64,000 nt of DNA from an uncultured Candidatus Binatia bacterium (GTDB lineage: Bacteria > Desulfobacterota > Binatia > UBA9968 > JAJDTQ01). Below the pieces are notes generated by a model. It ran no database searches. It was not told the origin of the DNA and saw only the letters and a list, made by a program, of their open reading frames with translations. Location: NCBI GenBank assembly GCA_964291295.2, contig OZ219754.1, forward strand, positions 3,232,001 to 3,296,000, in the 5' to 3' direction. Within the stretch, counting starts at the first letter, position 1, and each line of letters starts with the position of its first letter. Made by a program: the position numbers and the translations under genes. This document shows, in pieces, positions 9,741 through 20,270 of the stretch.

Positions 9741-9861
9741 TCCGGCCCCGGGGCGCCCGTCTGATGCCGACCGGATATCCATCGGTCGGGCACCCCGGCC
9801 CGTGCGCGCCGTTACTCCGGCTTCCGGCTTTCGGTCCGCCCCGCGGCGGGCGGCGACACGG

Positions 9862-11214
9862 TCAACCGCCGGCGTCCGCCCGCCCCTCCGGGTGGAACAA
9901 CTCCGTGGCGTCGAGCCTGCGCTGATACTCCAGGTATTCCCGCTTCGTCATCCGGGGCCGGGTCTCGCGCAGGATCCGGCGCGCCTGCGCGGCGTCGCCG
10001 TACAGCAGGTCGATGGCCGTCATGGCCAGCAGCTTGGCTGACTTGACGTAGACCGAGTCGCGGTCCACCAGCAGGTAGTCACGGGTGTGGCCGCCGCCGG
10101 CGGCACCGGCGACGTAGGGATGCAGCGCCGGCATGATGTGCGACAGGTCGCCGAAGTCGGTGCTGCTGGTGCGGTGCCCGGTACCGAGACGGAACCGACC
10201 GGCGCCGAACACGCACTCGGCGTTCTCGCCCCATAGACGGGCCATGGCCTCGTTGTTCGCCTGCGGCAGGTAGCCCGGCGCGGTGGTGATCTCCACCGAC
10301 GCGCCCACCGCCAGGGCCGCGCCCCTCAATGCCTGGTCCACCTTGCGGTTGGCATCCAGGATGCCTTCGAGGGTCTTCCCGCGAATGAACGTTTCGAGGG
10401 TCACCTCCGCCGGCACCACGCTCACCGCGTCGCCGCCGCGGGTGACGATGGGGTGGATGCGGATGGTGTCGTCGTCGTGGAAGGTCTCGCGCTGATAGGC
10501 GATGGCGGTCAGGGCGAGCGATGCGGCGTTGAGGGCGTTGATGCCCTTCTGCGGGCTGCCGCCCGCGTGCGCGGCCCTGCCCAGGAAACGGATCTTCTTG
10601 ATGATGGCGCCGTTGGACGACCCGGCCACATGGGAGGCCAGGGTCTCGTCGGACTCGGTATGGAACATCATCGCCAGATCCACGTCGTCGAAGTGGCCGA
10701 GCCGGATGAGTTCTGCCTTGCCGGCAAGGAACTCGAGTTCGCGGCGCGCCTTGCGTTGCATGCGCTCGTCCACGTCGATCATCTCCTCGGCCGGAACGGC
10801 GAAGAACACCAGCGAGCCACACAACCCGGGCCACACCCCGTCGGACAGGAGCCCCATGGCCGCGCCCACCATCGCCGCCACCTGCGCGTTGTGGCCGCAG
10901 GCATGGGCCGCGCCGGTACGCGGGTCGGCATGGGGATGGTCCGGCACACGAAGCGCATCCAGTTCCCCCAGGATGGCCAGCGTCGGACCCGGAGCCGGGC
11001 AGTCCCGCCGGCCCTTGACGCCGGTCAGGGCCAGGCCGCGGCGCGGCTCGATGCCGAGGCCCTGGAGCCCCGCTGCCACCCGCTCCGCGGTGCGAACCTC
11101 GTTGAAGCCGGTCTCGGGGCTTCGCAGGATCGTTTCACCCAGATCGATGATCTCCTGCCGGCGGGCATCGATGGTCCGGCAGGCCTCGGCCTTCAACGCC
11201 TCCCCGGACTTCAT
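9862..11214 (-). CDS. M20 family amidohydrolase/peptidase (AbgB/HipO-like)
   Basis: PETGFNE, GELDAL, AHACGHNAQ, PAEE, SSTDFGDLSH; start overlaps upstream stop (ATGA). Confidence 0.9.
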   Translation of the reverse strand: MKSGEALKAEACRTIDARRQEIIDLGETILRSPETGFNEVRTAERVAAGLQGLGIEPRRGLALTGVKGRRDCPAPGPTLAILGELDALRVPDHPHADPRTGAAHACGHNAQVAAMVGAAMGLLSDGVWPGLCGSLVFFAVPAEEMIDVDERMQRKARRELEFLAGKAELIRLGHFDDVDLAMMFHTESDETLASHVAGSSNGAIIKKIRFLGRAAHAGGSPQKGINALNAASLALTAIAYQRETFHDDDTIRIHPIVTRGGDAVSVVPAEVTLETFIRGKTLEGILDANRKVDQALRGAALAVGASVEITTAPGYLPQANNEAMARLWGENAECVFGAGRFRLGTGHRTSSTDFGDLSHIMPALHPYVAGAAGGGHTRDYLLVDRDSVYVKSAKLLAMTAIDLLYGDAAQARRILRETRPRMTKREYLEYQRRLDATELFHPEGRADAGG

Positions 11215-11762
11215 GGGCCTTCTCCCGTCATCACCCCCGCCAACGGTCCGGACCCGCCGGGCACAGGCGGCCGGCCCTGCCGGAGCGCCCCCTCGAGCAG
11301 CGCCAGGGCGGCTCTGGTGAAGGCCCACATGTTGACTTCGCGGTCCGAGTCGCCGGTCTCGAGGGTCATGGCCCTTTCCACCGGTCCGACGATGGCCATG
11401 CAACTGTGCCCGGCGGCGTCGCCGTAGCGGTTGCCGGCCGGGCCGGCGGCGCCGCTTTCCGAGAGACCCCAAGTGGTGTGCAAGCGCCCCCGGATCAGCC
11501 TTGCCATGTTCCGCGCATGGGATTCGGTGCTGCCGCGCGCCGCCGCCTCGCTCTCGGACATGCCCAGCAGACCGGTGCGGGCGTACCGGGTGTAGATGAC
11601 GCCGCCGCCAACGAACCAGGCCGAGGCACCCGGCAGCGACAGCAGCGCCGCGGAAATCAGGCCGCCGGTGGACGACTCGGCAACCGCCACGGTCTCGCCC
11701 CGTTCCTTCAGCATTCCGCCCACCGAACGTCCCAACGTGATCAGATCCGGCATGGACTCCAT
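11211..11762 (-). CDS. CinA C-terminal / PncC-like (NMN deamidase family) protein
   Basis: VAVAESSTGGLISAAL..PGASAWF.GG..Y, SESGAAGP. Confidence 0.88.
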   Translation of the reverse strand: MESMPDLITLGRSVGGMLKERGETVAVAESSTGGLISAALLSLPGASAWFVGGGVIYTRYARTGLLGMSESEAAARGSTESHARNMARLIRGRLHTTWGLSESGAAGPAGNRYGDAAGHSCMAIVGPVERAMTLETGDSDREVNMWAFTRAALALLEGALRQGRPPVPGGSGPLAGVMTGEGP

Positions 11763-11787
11763 CCCTTCCCGCTTCCGGCCCCGGCCG

Positions 11788-13320
11788 TCATGACGGATGT
11801 GGAGCGTCCCGACCTCGGACAGGTGCCCCGGGCACGGCGGCGAGGGCGGTTCCCGGCCGCCGCTCCCCGCCCTTCCGCAGCAACAGCGAAAGGCCCGGCC
11901 GCCGCACGTGGATACCCGCATGGCGCTTCCAGTCGGTCAGCCGCTCCATCAACGCCACCACCGACAGACCGGCGTCCGGGTATTCCCGGGGCGGACCGGC
12001 GGCGCGCATGGCGGCGATCTCCTCCTGGGGCAACATCCACCGGAGCAGCAGTTCCTCGTCGCTCACCCCCGAGCCGCCGAGCTTGCGCCGTACCTCCTTG
12101 ATGGTGGGGTCCGGCGGCACCCACCGGGCCATCTCTCTGCCCCGGGGGCGGTCGAGAATCCTGTCCTTGACGCCAGCGTCCATGATCTCGGCGCCTTCGC
12201 GGCCCCAGAGCCCCAACGCGTACTGGATGACCTGGTCGGTGACTTCCCGGTAACGGGCACCGACGATGACATTGATGGCCGCCTGGCTGCCCACGAACTG
12301 CGACAACGGCGTGACCATGATGGGATGGCCCAGATCCGCACGCACCCGCACCACCTCTTCGAGGGCCTCCTCCGTCTTGTGTTCCAGCCCCACCTTGCGC
12401 AGTTGGTGGCGCAGGTTCGAGATCATTCCTCCGGGAACCTGATGCTGGTACTGGGCATGGTCGTACTCCACCGGAGCACCCACGGGAAACCCCTCCCGCC
12501 GGGCTACGGCGGCGAAGTGCGCCGACACGGCCGCCAGGGCATCGGTGTCCACCGCGCATGCGTAGCCCAAGGCGCGCAGGTTGGCGGCGACGCTGAACAC
12601 GGAGGGATTCGAGGAAGCGTTGGCCAACGGCGGGACCGCCGTGTTGACCGTGCGGATGCCGAGCTTCACCGCCTCCAGACAGCACAGGGGGCCCAGCCCG
12701 GTGGTACAGTGGGTGTGCAGCTCCACCGGGATGCCGCCGGCGTTCTCGAAGATCACCGGCACCACGCTGCGGATGCGCTCGGGGGTGAGCAGACCGCCGG
12801 GATCCTTGAGGCAAAGCAGCGGCACGCCCAGCGACGCGGCCTCCCGAGTCTTCCGCGCGTAGTACGCGTCGGTGTGCTTCGGCGATACCGAGTAGATCAG
12901 ATTGACGATGGGCTGAAGGCCGTTGTTGCGGGCAATGCCGACCTTGCGCCGCCAGCCCTCGAGGTCGTTCCACTCCTCCGAGATGCGCGCCTGGCGAATG
13001 CCGTTGGCCGCCATCCGCTCGATGAACAGTTCGTACACCGACACCGGCGTGATCTCGAACGCGTTCACCCGGCCCGCCATCAGCCGCAACGGCGTCCGGG
13101 TGATGCGTTGGGCCACCCGCCGCACCCGGTCCCACGGGTCTTCCCCGAGTTCGCGGACGCACTTCTTGAGGTGGGAAGCCGACATCAACTCGATGGCGTC
13201 GAAGCCGGCCTCGTCCATGGTCCGGGCCACGGGCAGCATCATGCCGGTGGTCATGCGCTCCGCCCAGAGGCTCTGGTGCCCGTCCCGCAACGTGGTGTCC
13301 ACGAATCGGATTTCGTTCAT
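11788..13320 (-). CDS. Pyruvate/oxaloacetate carboxyltransferase subunit (PycB/OadA-like, no biotinyl domain)
   Basis: DTTLRDGHQSL, LKDPGG, LHTHCT, HQVPGGMISNL, MVTPLSQFVG. Confidence 0.9.
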   Translation of the reverse strand: MNEIRFVDTTLRDGHQSLWAERMTTGMMLPVARTMDEAGFDAIELMSASHLKKCVRELGEDPWDRVRRVAQRITRTPLRLMAGRVNAFEITPVSVYELFIERMAANGIRQARISEEWNDLEGWRRKVGIARNNGLQPIVNLIYSVSPKHTDAYYARKTREAASLGVPLLCLKDPGGLLTPERIRSVVPVIFENAGGIPVELHTHCTTGLGPLCCLEAVKLGIRTVNTAVPPLANASSNPSVFSVAANLRALGYACAVDTDALAAVSAHFAAVARREGFPVGAPVEYDHAQYQHQVPGGMISNLRHQLRKVGLEHKTEEALEEVVRVRADLGHPIMVTPLSQFVGSQAAINVIVGARYREVTDQVIQYALGLWGREGAEIMDAGVKDRILDRPRGREMARWVPPDPTIKEVRRKLGGSGVSDEELLLRWMLPQEEIAAMRAAGPPREYPDAGLSVVALMERLTDWKRHAGIHVRRPGLSLLLRKGGERRPGTALAAVPGAPVRGRDAPHPS

Positions 13321-13406
13321 CTGTCTCGCTCATGCCTGCGCGGACGCACGGCTGTTCCGCCCGAAGGCGCGGAGCGACGGGCCGGTCGCCCCGCGCCCAC
13401 GAGCCG

Positions 13407-14576
13407 CTACTTCAGGATGCGGGGACCGAAAAGCGTCACCGCGTTGTCCCACAGGATCCTGGCCTTGGCCTGGTCCGGGATCGGTTGCGCATCCAGGTCG
13501 GGCAACGCCTGCTCCGGCCGTGGCGCATCCGGATGCGGATAGTCCGTGTTCCAGGCAATGTTGTCGCCGTTCAGGTGGTCCACCGCGCAGGCCAGCGCGC
13601 GCTCGTCGCTGTCGCAGGTCACCGTGATCTGGCGCCTGAAGTACTCGCTGGGCCGCATCGGCAGGCGCTCCACCGCATTGCCCATGACGCTGTTGCGGCC
13701 GTGGGTATGCTGGTCCATGCGCCCGAGCCAGAAAGGCACCCAGCCCACATTGGACTCGAGAATCCCCAACCGCAGTTCGGGGAAACGTTCCAGGACGCCG
13801 GTGAAGATGAACTGTCCCATGGTGGCCATGTTGTCGCACGGGAACCCCAGGGCGTGGTCGAGGCCGCGCAGGGCAAGCTGCTGCATGTCACGGTCATCGA
13901 CGTTGCCGCGGTTGCCACCGGCAAAGGGATGGAAACGGCGCTGGCGGTACTCCCCGTGCACGGAGATGGGAAAATCCAGTTCGCATGCCAGCCGCCACAG
14001 CGCGTCGTACTCGGGCTCGTGCAGCCACCTGCCCTCGGGCAGGAGCGGATTGCGCACGGACACGGCGCCCAGCGTCTCCACCGCCCGCCGCGCCTCCACG
14101 AGCATGGCGTCCGTGTCCGAGCCCGGCAGCACGGCCACGAACTTGAGGCGCCCGGGGTTGGCGTCGCAGTAGTCCCGGCACCAGTTGTTGTAGGCGCGGC
14201 ACATGGCGGCCCCCAGCCTGGCGTCCTTGAGCGCCACCCGGTAGGCGAAGTTGCCGTTGTTGCCCGTGGGCAGCAGCACTTGAACGTCCCAGCCGTGGGT
14301 GTCCATGTCCCTCAGACGGGTCTCCGGGGACCACCACGTACGATAGCCGTCGCCGTACCGGGCCTCCATGTCGGCCCAGGCGGTGGCCGGCAGCCGGGGC
14401 TGCTTCTCGGTCCCGGGGATGATGCGTCCATCCGCTTCGTAGACCATGAAGGCGCCGTCCATGAAGGCGACCCTGGGAACCTGGTCCCGGTACGGGGGCT
14501 CGACGTACCGTTCCCACAGATACTGCGGCTCGTGCATGTGCGCGTCCGCGTCGATAACCTTGAATCCCTTCCACAT
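13407..14576 (-). CDS. Amidohydrolase_2 family protein
   Basis: IDADAHMHE, RAYNNW, ERFPELR...ESNVGW, TDYPHPD. Confidence 0.9.
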   Translation of the reverse strand: MWKGFKVIDADAHMHEPQYLWERYVEPPYRDQVPRVAFMDGAFMVYEADGRIIPGTEKQPRLPATAWADMEARYGDGYRTWWSPETRLRDMDTHGWDVQVLLPTGNNGNFAYRVALKDARLGAAMCRAYNNWCRDYCDANPGRLKFVAVLPGSDTDAMLVEARRAVETLGAVSVRNPLLPEGRWLHEPEYDALWRLACELDFPISVHGEYRQRRFHPFAGGNRGNVDDRDMQQLALRGLDHALGFPCDNMATMGQFIFTGVLERFPELRLGILESNVGWVPFWLGRMDQHTHGRNSVMGNAVERLPMRPSEYFRRQITVTCDSDERALACAVDHLNGDNIAWNTDYPHPDAPRPEQALPDLDAQPIPDQAKARILWDNAVTLFGPRILK

Positions 14577-14923
14577 GGCGGCGCTCCCTTCCGTCGTGGC
14601 GACCATGGAAATCCCGGCGTCCTGCCCGCGGGCGCGGGCCAGTGTCCCCTGTTTATCCCCTGTTTCGCGGCCTGCTTCAACCGGACCACGCGGCGGCCGG
14701 AGCGATCCGCGGGGAAAACGGCCTTCAGGTCACGGCGCCAGCCCTGCATCGGGTGCCAGCCCCGCGTCGCGGTGACGATTCCCCGTGACGATTTCTTCAG
14801 GGTCGCCGGCACGCAGTCCGCACGTCAAGCCGGCCGGGTTCGACGGACTCGACGCCGCCGGTGCGCCGCCGGCGCGGTTGCGGTCAGAGGAGCGGCCCTG
14901 TAATCAGGGAAGGGGAGGTCCGC

Positions 14924-15595
14924 ATGGAAGAAAAGACCGTATCCGTATCGTTGCCAGCTGTCCTTCCCGTGTTCCCCCTGACCGGCGTGCTGCTGTTGCC
15001 CGGGACGCGGTTGCCACTGCACATTTTCGAGCCCCGCTACCGGAACATGGTGCATGACGCCCTTGAAGCGGAAGGCGTCTTCGGCATGATCCAGCCCTTC
15101 GTGCCGCAGAACGACAACCGGCCGCAGCCGGGTGCCGAACAGGCCGCGCCGGAATTGTACGCAGTGGGATGCGCCGGGCACATCGAACGATGGGAGCAAT
15201 CCCCGGACGGCCGCTACATGGTGGAGCTTCGGGGCGTCAGCCGCTTCCGCGTCGAGGAAGAACTCTCCCCGGAACGAGGCTACCGGCGGGTGCGGCCCGA
15301 CTACGCCTGTTTTGACGACCTGGAGGAAACGGAGCCCGCGGCCATCGACCGCCCGCGCCTCACGCAGGCACTCCGGCGCTACGCCGAGACACGCGGCCTG
15401 GCCCTTGATCTGGACCCGCTCGACCCCATACCCGATACCGATCTCGTCAACTTCCTGGGGGCGGCGATGCCCTTCCATCCGGCGGAAAAGCAGGCGCTGC
15501 TGGAGGCTCGCTCCGTGGAAGAGCGGGAAAGGGTCCTCGCCAGCCTTCTGGAGTTCGGCGGCGGCACCCGTTCCGGCTCCCGTACTCTCAACTAG
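14924..15595 (+). CDS. Lon N-terminal substrate-binding domain protein
   Basis: LPVFPL..LLLPG.RLPLHIFEPRYRNMV, DGRY...GVSRF, EKQALLE. Confidence 0.92.
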   Translation: MEEKTVSVSLPAVLPVFPLTGVLLLPGTRLPLHIFEPRYRNMVHDALEAEGVFGMIQPFVPQNDNRPQPGAEQAAPELYAVGCAGHIERWEQSPDGRYMVELRGVSRFRVEEELSPERGYRRVRPDYACFDDLEETEPAAIDRPRLTQALRRYAETRGLALDLDPLDPIPDTDLVNFLGAAMPFHPAEKQALLEARSVEERERVLASLLEFGGGTRSGSRTLN

Positions 15596-17175
15596 GCCGC
15601 TCGGTCGTCGTCGCGGCCATTGACCCGCAACGCGATGCCCCTGCCGAAGGTCGCCTCGAACAGCCGTCCCTTCTCGTCCAGGTGCCAGCGCTCCAGCAGG
15701 CACCGCCCCATGGACTGGAGATCGATGGTCACCGAGCGGCGATGGACCGCCACCTTCAGGTCGTCCACCACGGAGCGATGCTCGTGGTCCAGAGCGTCGG
15801 CCACCCGGAGGATGGCGGCAAGCTTCGTGACCCATGCCTGCGCGTTATCGGACAGGGCGCGGAACGGCTCGTGTTTCCGCAGGTCGGGAAACGCCTTGCG
15901 ATGGTAGCGGGCGATGTTGGCGACAAGCTCCAGCTGCCGCGAGTCGAGTCCCAGGATCTCCGAGTTGCGTATGAGATAGCCGCTGTGCTTGTGGTGTCCC
16001 GAGAGACTGACGAAGTCGCCGATGTCATGCAGCGTGGCGGCCACGCGCAGCAGCCGCCGCGCCTCCCCGGGCAACCCGTGCAGCGGCGCCAACTGATCGA
16101 AGAGCCGTTCCGACAGATAACGCACCTGGCGCGCGTGCCCGTGGTGAAAGTGGTACTTCTGCCCCAGGGCGGCGGCCGCCCTGATGATGCCGGTCTCCTC
16201 GGAGGTGGCATCCCAGGACTGCCGGAACCGGTCGATCATCTCCACCAGCACGCCATCCTTGAGCCCTACGCCGGGCGCGTACAATCCGCGTGAGCCCGGC
16301 ACCTTGCTCGCCACCTCGCTCAGCACGATGGCGGCGGGGAGCACCACGTCGGCGCGGTCGGGCTTCATGCCGTACCGATCCTGACGCTCGGTCACGCTCA
16401 GCCGGGAAAGCTCCTTGAGAAGGGTCTGCAGGCCGCGCAACGGGATGAAACCCACGTCTTTCGGAACGCCCGCGTCCGCCCGCCCGGACGCGGTCCCGAT
16501 GAGGGCGGCGAGGTCCTCCACGTTGCCGCCGGTACCGGCGATCAGGTCGATCTCGTGCGCGTTGACCGCGTTCAGGGTAGCCTCCATCAACTGGTCCATG
16601 TAGGCGCGCAGCAACAGAATCTGGATGTCCGACACGCGCTCGCTCCGAAGAAACGTCTCGTGCAGCCTCACCGCGCCCAGCCGCAGGCTGTTGGAGTAGA
16701 CGATGAAGCCCTGGTCGATGACATCGAACTCCACGCTGCCACCGCCGATGTCGATGGCCAGCACGGTCTTGTCCCGGAGGTTCAGCCGGCGGGCCACCGC
16801 GAACTGGACCAGCCGCGCCTCCTCCACCCCGGAGATGCGCTCGAGCTGAATGCCCGTGTGGCTGAACACCCGCTGCACCAGCACGCTGCCGTTGACGGCT
16901 TCCCGGGTGGCACTGGTGGCGACGGCGCGAACCGAGCCCACCTTCCACTTGTCGATGGCGGCGCGGAACTCGCCGAAGGCCTCCACCGCCTGCTCCATCA
17001 GCCCCTCGTTGAGAAAGCCGGTCAGGAAGACTTCGTGCCCCAGGCGAACCGGCGCCCTCATCTGGCACAGGTTCTTGACCGAACCGTCCGCCTCCAGCCC
17101 GACGATCTTGAGCCGCATGGCGTTGGAACCGACGTCGATGGCGGCAAAGACGGCCGGTTCCGTTCCCTTCTTCAT
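15592..17175 (-). CDS. ppx: Ppx/GppA exopolyphosphatase with C-terminal HD domain
   Basis: AAIDVGSN, ATSATREA, DIGGGSVE, LHDIG, RVADALD. Confidence 0.92.
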   Translation of the reverse strand: MKKGTEPAVFAAIDVGSNAMRLKIVGLEADGSVKNLCQMRAPVRLGHEVFLTGFLNEGLMEQAVEAFGEFRAAIDKWKVGSVRAVATSATREAVNGSVLVQRVFSHTGIQLERISGVEEARLVQFAVARRLNLRDKTVLAIDIGGGSVEFDVIDQGFIVYSNSLRLGAVRLHETFLRSERVSDIQILLLRAYMDQLMEATLNAVNAHEIDLIAGTGGNVEDLAALIGTASGRADAGVPKDVGFIPLRGLQTLLKELSRLSVTERQDRYGMKPDRADVVLPAAIVLSEVASKVPGSRGLYAPGVGLKDGVLVEMIDRFRQSWDATSEETGIIRAAAALGQKYHFHHGHARQVRYLSERLFDQLAPLHGLPGEARRLLRVAATLHDIGDFVSLSGHHKHSGYLIRNSEILGLDSRQLELVANIARYHRKAFPDLRKHEPFRALSDNAQAWVTKLAAILRVADALDHEHRSVVDDLKVAVHRRSVTIDLQSMGRCLLERWHLDEKGRLFEATFGRGIALRVNGRDDDRAA

Positions 17176-17375
17176 GACGCCTCCCCGAGGTCAGTATACA
17201 CAAGCCCGGCATGTACGAACCCACGAGCCACATCCCGGACGCGCCCGCCAACATGGCGGCACCACGTGGCCGGGCGCTCTCCGACTCGCTCCGGTCTCAT
17301 GACCGTCGGACGCACCGGGATGAAGGGCCGGGAGGGGGGCGCCGGGGGTGCCGGGACCAAGGGCGCCAGGATGGG

Positions 17376-18659
17376 CTATCGCTTCAGACAACAGCGCTTG
17401 TACTTGCGGCCGCTGCCGCAGGGACAGGGATCGTTGCGCCCGACTTCGGGCCGGGCCGCGGCATCCGCCTCCCGCACGAACCCCATGACCTTCTCGATGG
17501 GCTCGCCCTGCTGCCAAAGGCCGGCCATGGTGCTCAGGTGCGCGCGGCTGTGGATGAAGAATTTCTTGTAGCCGGCGCAGAGGTAGTTGAGCCCATCCTC
17601 CCCGTCCGGGGTCTTGAGGAAGCGGTCCTTGGGACAGCCGCCGTTGCACTGGGCGCGCACCTCGCACTGGCGGCAGTAGCGCGGCAGCGACGTCCACTTG
17701 TCGCGGCCGAACTTTCGCTGGGCGTCGCTGTCCACCAGGTTGGCGACGGAGGTCTCGCGGATGTTGCCGACCCGGTGGTCCGTGTTCACGTAGTGGTCGC
17801 AGGAGTAGAAGTCCCCGTTATGTTCGATTGCGGGCACGTCGCCGCAGGTCTCCCGGAAGATGCACAGGGCGTGCTCGATACCCAGGCCGGTGCGGGCCGC
17901 CTCGTCGAAGATCTGGATGGTCACCCGGCCCACGTCGTTGCGGATCCACTCGTCGAAGATGGCGCACAGGAACGTGCCAAAAGCCTCCGCGGGTACGCTG
18001 CGGGGGCTCACCGCGCCATCCCCGGGCCGCCGCTCCACCAGCGGGATGAACTGCTGGTGGTCCGCCCCGAGGCTCTTGAAGTAGCGGTACAGGGCGATGG
18101 GATGGCCGACGTTGCCGGCGTGGACCACGCACAGCACGTCACACGGCACCCCACGGGCCCTGAGGCGCCGGTAGGCCTGCACCACCTTCCGGTGGGTGGG
18201 CTGCCCGCCCTTGGTCACGCGGTAAGCGTCGTGGAGCTTCTCGGGGCCGTCGAGGCTCAGTCCGACGGAGAAACCCTCTTCGGCGAAGAACCGGCACCAT
18301 TCGTCGTCGAGCAGGACTCCGTTGGTCTGAAGGCCGTTGCGGACCTTGCGGTCCGGGGGACAGTGCTTGTACTGGAGCGCGACCACCTCCCGGAAGTAGT
18401 CGAGGCCCAGGAGGGTGGGCTCGCCGCCGTGCCAGGCGAAGTCGACGACCGGGTCCGGGCAGGCTTCGATGTGCTGCGCGATGTACTCTTCCAGCACGTC
18501 CCGCTCCATGCGAAAGGACCGGGTCTGCGGGTACAGCGCTTCCTTCTCCAGGTAATAGCAGTAGACGCAGTCCAGATTGCAGATGGCGCCGGTGGGCTTC
18601 GCCATGATCTGGAAGCTGCGGGAGGCGGGCCGACCGGCCCGGATCGATTCGACCGGCAT
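17376..18659 (-). CDS. Anaerobic sulfatase maturase-type radical SAM/SPASM protein with C-terminal SEC-C motif
   Basis: CNLDCVYCYY, WHGGEP, YSCDHY, CRQCEV..CNGGCPK, GRNDPCPCGSGRKYKRCC. Confidence 0.92.
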   Translation of the reverse strand: MPVESIRAGRPASRSFQIMAKPTGAICNLDCVYCYYLEKEALYPQTRSFRMERDVLEEYIAQHIEACPDPVVDFAWHGGEPTLLGLDYFREVVALQYKHCPPDRKVRNGLQTNGVLLDDEWCRFFAEEGFSVGLSLDGPEKLHDAYRVTKGGQPTHRKVVQAYRRLRARGVPCDVLCVVHAGNVGHPIALYRYFKSLGADHQQFIPLVERRPGDGAVSPRSVPAEAFGTFLCAIFDEWIRNDVGRVTIQIFDEAARTGLGIEHALCIFRETCGDVPAIEHNGDFYSCDHYVNTDHRVGNIRETSVANLVDSDAQRKFGRDKWTSLPRYCRQCEVRAQCNGGCPKDRFLKTPDGEDGLNYLCAGYKKFFIHSRAHLSTMAGLWQQGEPIEKVMGFVREADAAARPEVGRNDPCPCGSGRKYKRCCLKR

Positions 18660-18753
18660 GTGGAGACCCTCCCGCCGGGAGAAGGGGAACCGTCCCCTGC
18701 CATCCCATTCGGGAGCGGCGGGAGCGACCGGCGGGTCGCCCCCTCGGCTGCTC

Positions 18754-19614
18754 CTATTCCATGCCGAAGAACTTCCTGGCGTTGTCCAGCATGAGCTTCT
18801 GCTTGACTTCCGGCTTGATGGTGAGCTTGGCGAAGTCCTCCAGCCAGCGCTCCACGCCGATGGCCGGCCAGTCGGAGCCGAACATGGCCTTGTCCTGAAG
18901 GATCGAGTTCACCTGCTGGACCAGCTCGGCAGCGAAATACTTGGGCGACCAGCCCGACAGGTCGATGTAGAAATTGCTCTTGTGGCGGGCGATGGCAAGA
19001 CTCTCGGCGGTCCAGGGCCACGACGGATGGGCGCAGATGATCTTCAGCTCGGGAAAGTCCGCGGCCACGTCATCCAGGTGGATCGGCTGGGTGAACTTGA
19101 GCTTGTTGCCCATGCCCCCGGGGGTGCCGGCGCCGGCGCCGGCCATGCCGCTGTGGAAAAGGATCGGCAGCTCGAGCTTCTGGCACTCCTCCCACAGCGG
19201 GTAGAAGCGCGTGTCGTTGGGGAAGAACTGCTGGCGGGCGGGGTTGATCTCGCCCACGCCGTGCAGCCCCAGATCCTTGATGCGTCGGATCTCCTGCAGC
19301 GCCACCTTCTGCTGCCACGGATCGATGACGCCGAAGCCCATGAATACGTCGGCGTTCCGCTTCACGCCGTCGGCCACGTGCTGGTTGGGCACCGGTTTCA
19401 GCCCCGTGATGGTTTCATCGGTGGTGTTCTGGATCACGGCCATCATGTTGCGCGCACGATACTCGTCCGCCATCTCGTCGATGGAGACGGGCTTGCGTTC
19501 CCGCTTGAAGTACTGGGCCATCTGCTTCGGACGATCGCCCTTGGAACTCAAGGTCAGTTCGTCGCAAAGGTGTACGTGCACGTCAATGGCCATCGGTTCC
19601 GTAATCGGGTCCAT
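18754..19614 (-). CDS. Amidohydrolase_2, 4-hydroxyphenyl-beta-ketoacyl-CoA hydrolase (CouO)-like
   Basis: IDVHVH, DDVAADFPEL..ICAHPSWPW, YIDLSGWSPKYF, FGSDWP. Confidence 0.8.
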   Translation of the reverse strand: MDPITEPMAIDVHVHLCDELTLSSKGDRPKQMAQYFKRERKPVSIDEMADEYRARNMMAVIQNTTDETITGLKPVPNQHVADGVKRNADVFMGFGVIDPWQQKVALQEIRRIKDLGLHGVGEINPARQQFFPNDTRFYPLWEECQKLELPILFHSGMAGAGAGTPGGMGNKLKFTQPIHLDDVAADFPELKIICAHPSWPWTAESLAIARHKSNFYIDLSGWSPKYFAAELVQQVNSILQDKAMFGSDWPAIGVERWLEDFAKLTIKPEVKQKLMLDNARKFFGME

Positions 19615-19739
19615 ACAGCAATCCTCCCTGGAGTGTCACGAAAGTAGGCGGCGGCAGCGCGCCGCTGCCGGAATAGCTAGCACGATCCGCGGCGGCTGAC
19701 CAGCATGGCCGGCACATTTACCGCGCCGTATGCGTACGC

Positions 19740-20222
19740 TCATGCCCAGGGCGCGGCGGTCAACTCTTCGAGGACCGTGTCGAGCATCTGCCGCATGAAC
19801 GCCGCCGGGGCGCCCCGGTCCAACTCGTAGCGGACGCCGGTGCACAACGTGACTCCCGGTTCCTGATCTTCCAGAACCGTGTGGAGCTCCACCTGGAACA
19901 GCGCGAAGGGGGTATCGCCAAGTCGCTCGCGCGTCCGCCGGGCGTCACCCTTGAGATAGAAGTTCAGGCCGTGGTCGGTCACCACCAAGGTCAGGGCGCC
20001 GGTGCGCACAAGGTTCCGTTCCGTGGTGCTGTTCCTGCCCACCGCCAGATGAAGGCGTCCCGGGCTCTTGGCCACCAGCTCGTAGTAGGATCCCATGGCC
20101 GGATGGGCCCAGCCCTTCTCGTCCACCGTGGCCATGATGAACACCTTGCCGGCCTCCACCGACTTGCCGCTCGTCAACGCGAACAGCGCCTCCGGCATTT
20201 CCTTTCCCACCAATCGTGACAT
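19740..20222 (-). CDS. Pyridoxamine 5'-phosphate oxidase-like FMN-binding split-barrel protein
   Basis: MATVDEKGWAH, STTERNL...G.LTL. Confidence 0.75.
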   Translation of the reverse strand: MSRLVGKEMPEALFALTSGKSVEAGKVFIMATVDEKGWAHPAMGSYYELVAKSPGRLHLAVGRNSTTERNLVRTGALTLVVTDHGLNFYLKGDARRTRERLGDTPFALFQVELHTVLEDQEPGVTLCTGVRYELDRGAPAAFMRQMLDTVLEELTAAPWA

Positions 20223-20270
20223 GGTGCGGTCCTTCCTGGTTCGAGCGGCCGGGGTTCCGACCCGGCGGCG

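Noticed and set aside
9765-9792. Hairpin between convergent genes as an intrinsic terminator
   Set aside because: A stem is present but has no U-tract on either strand; too weak to call.
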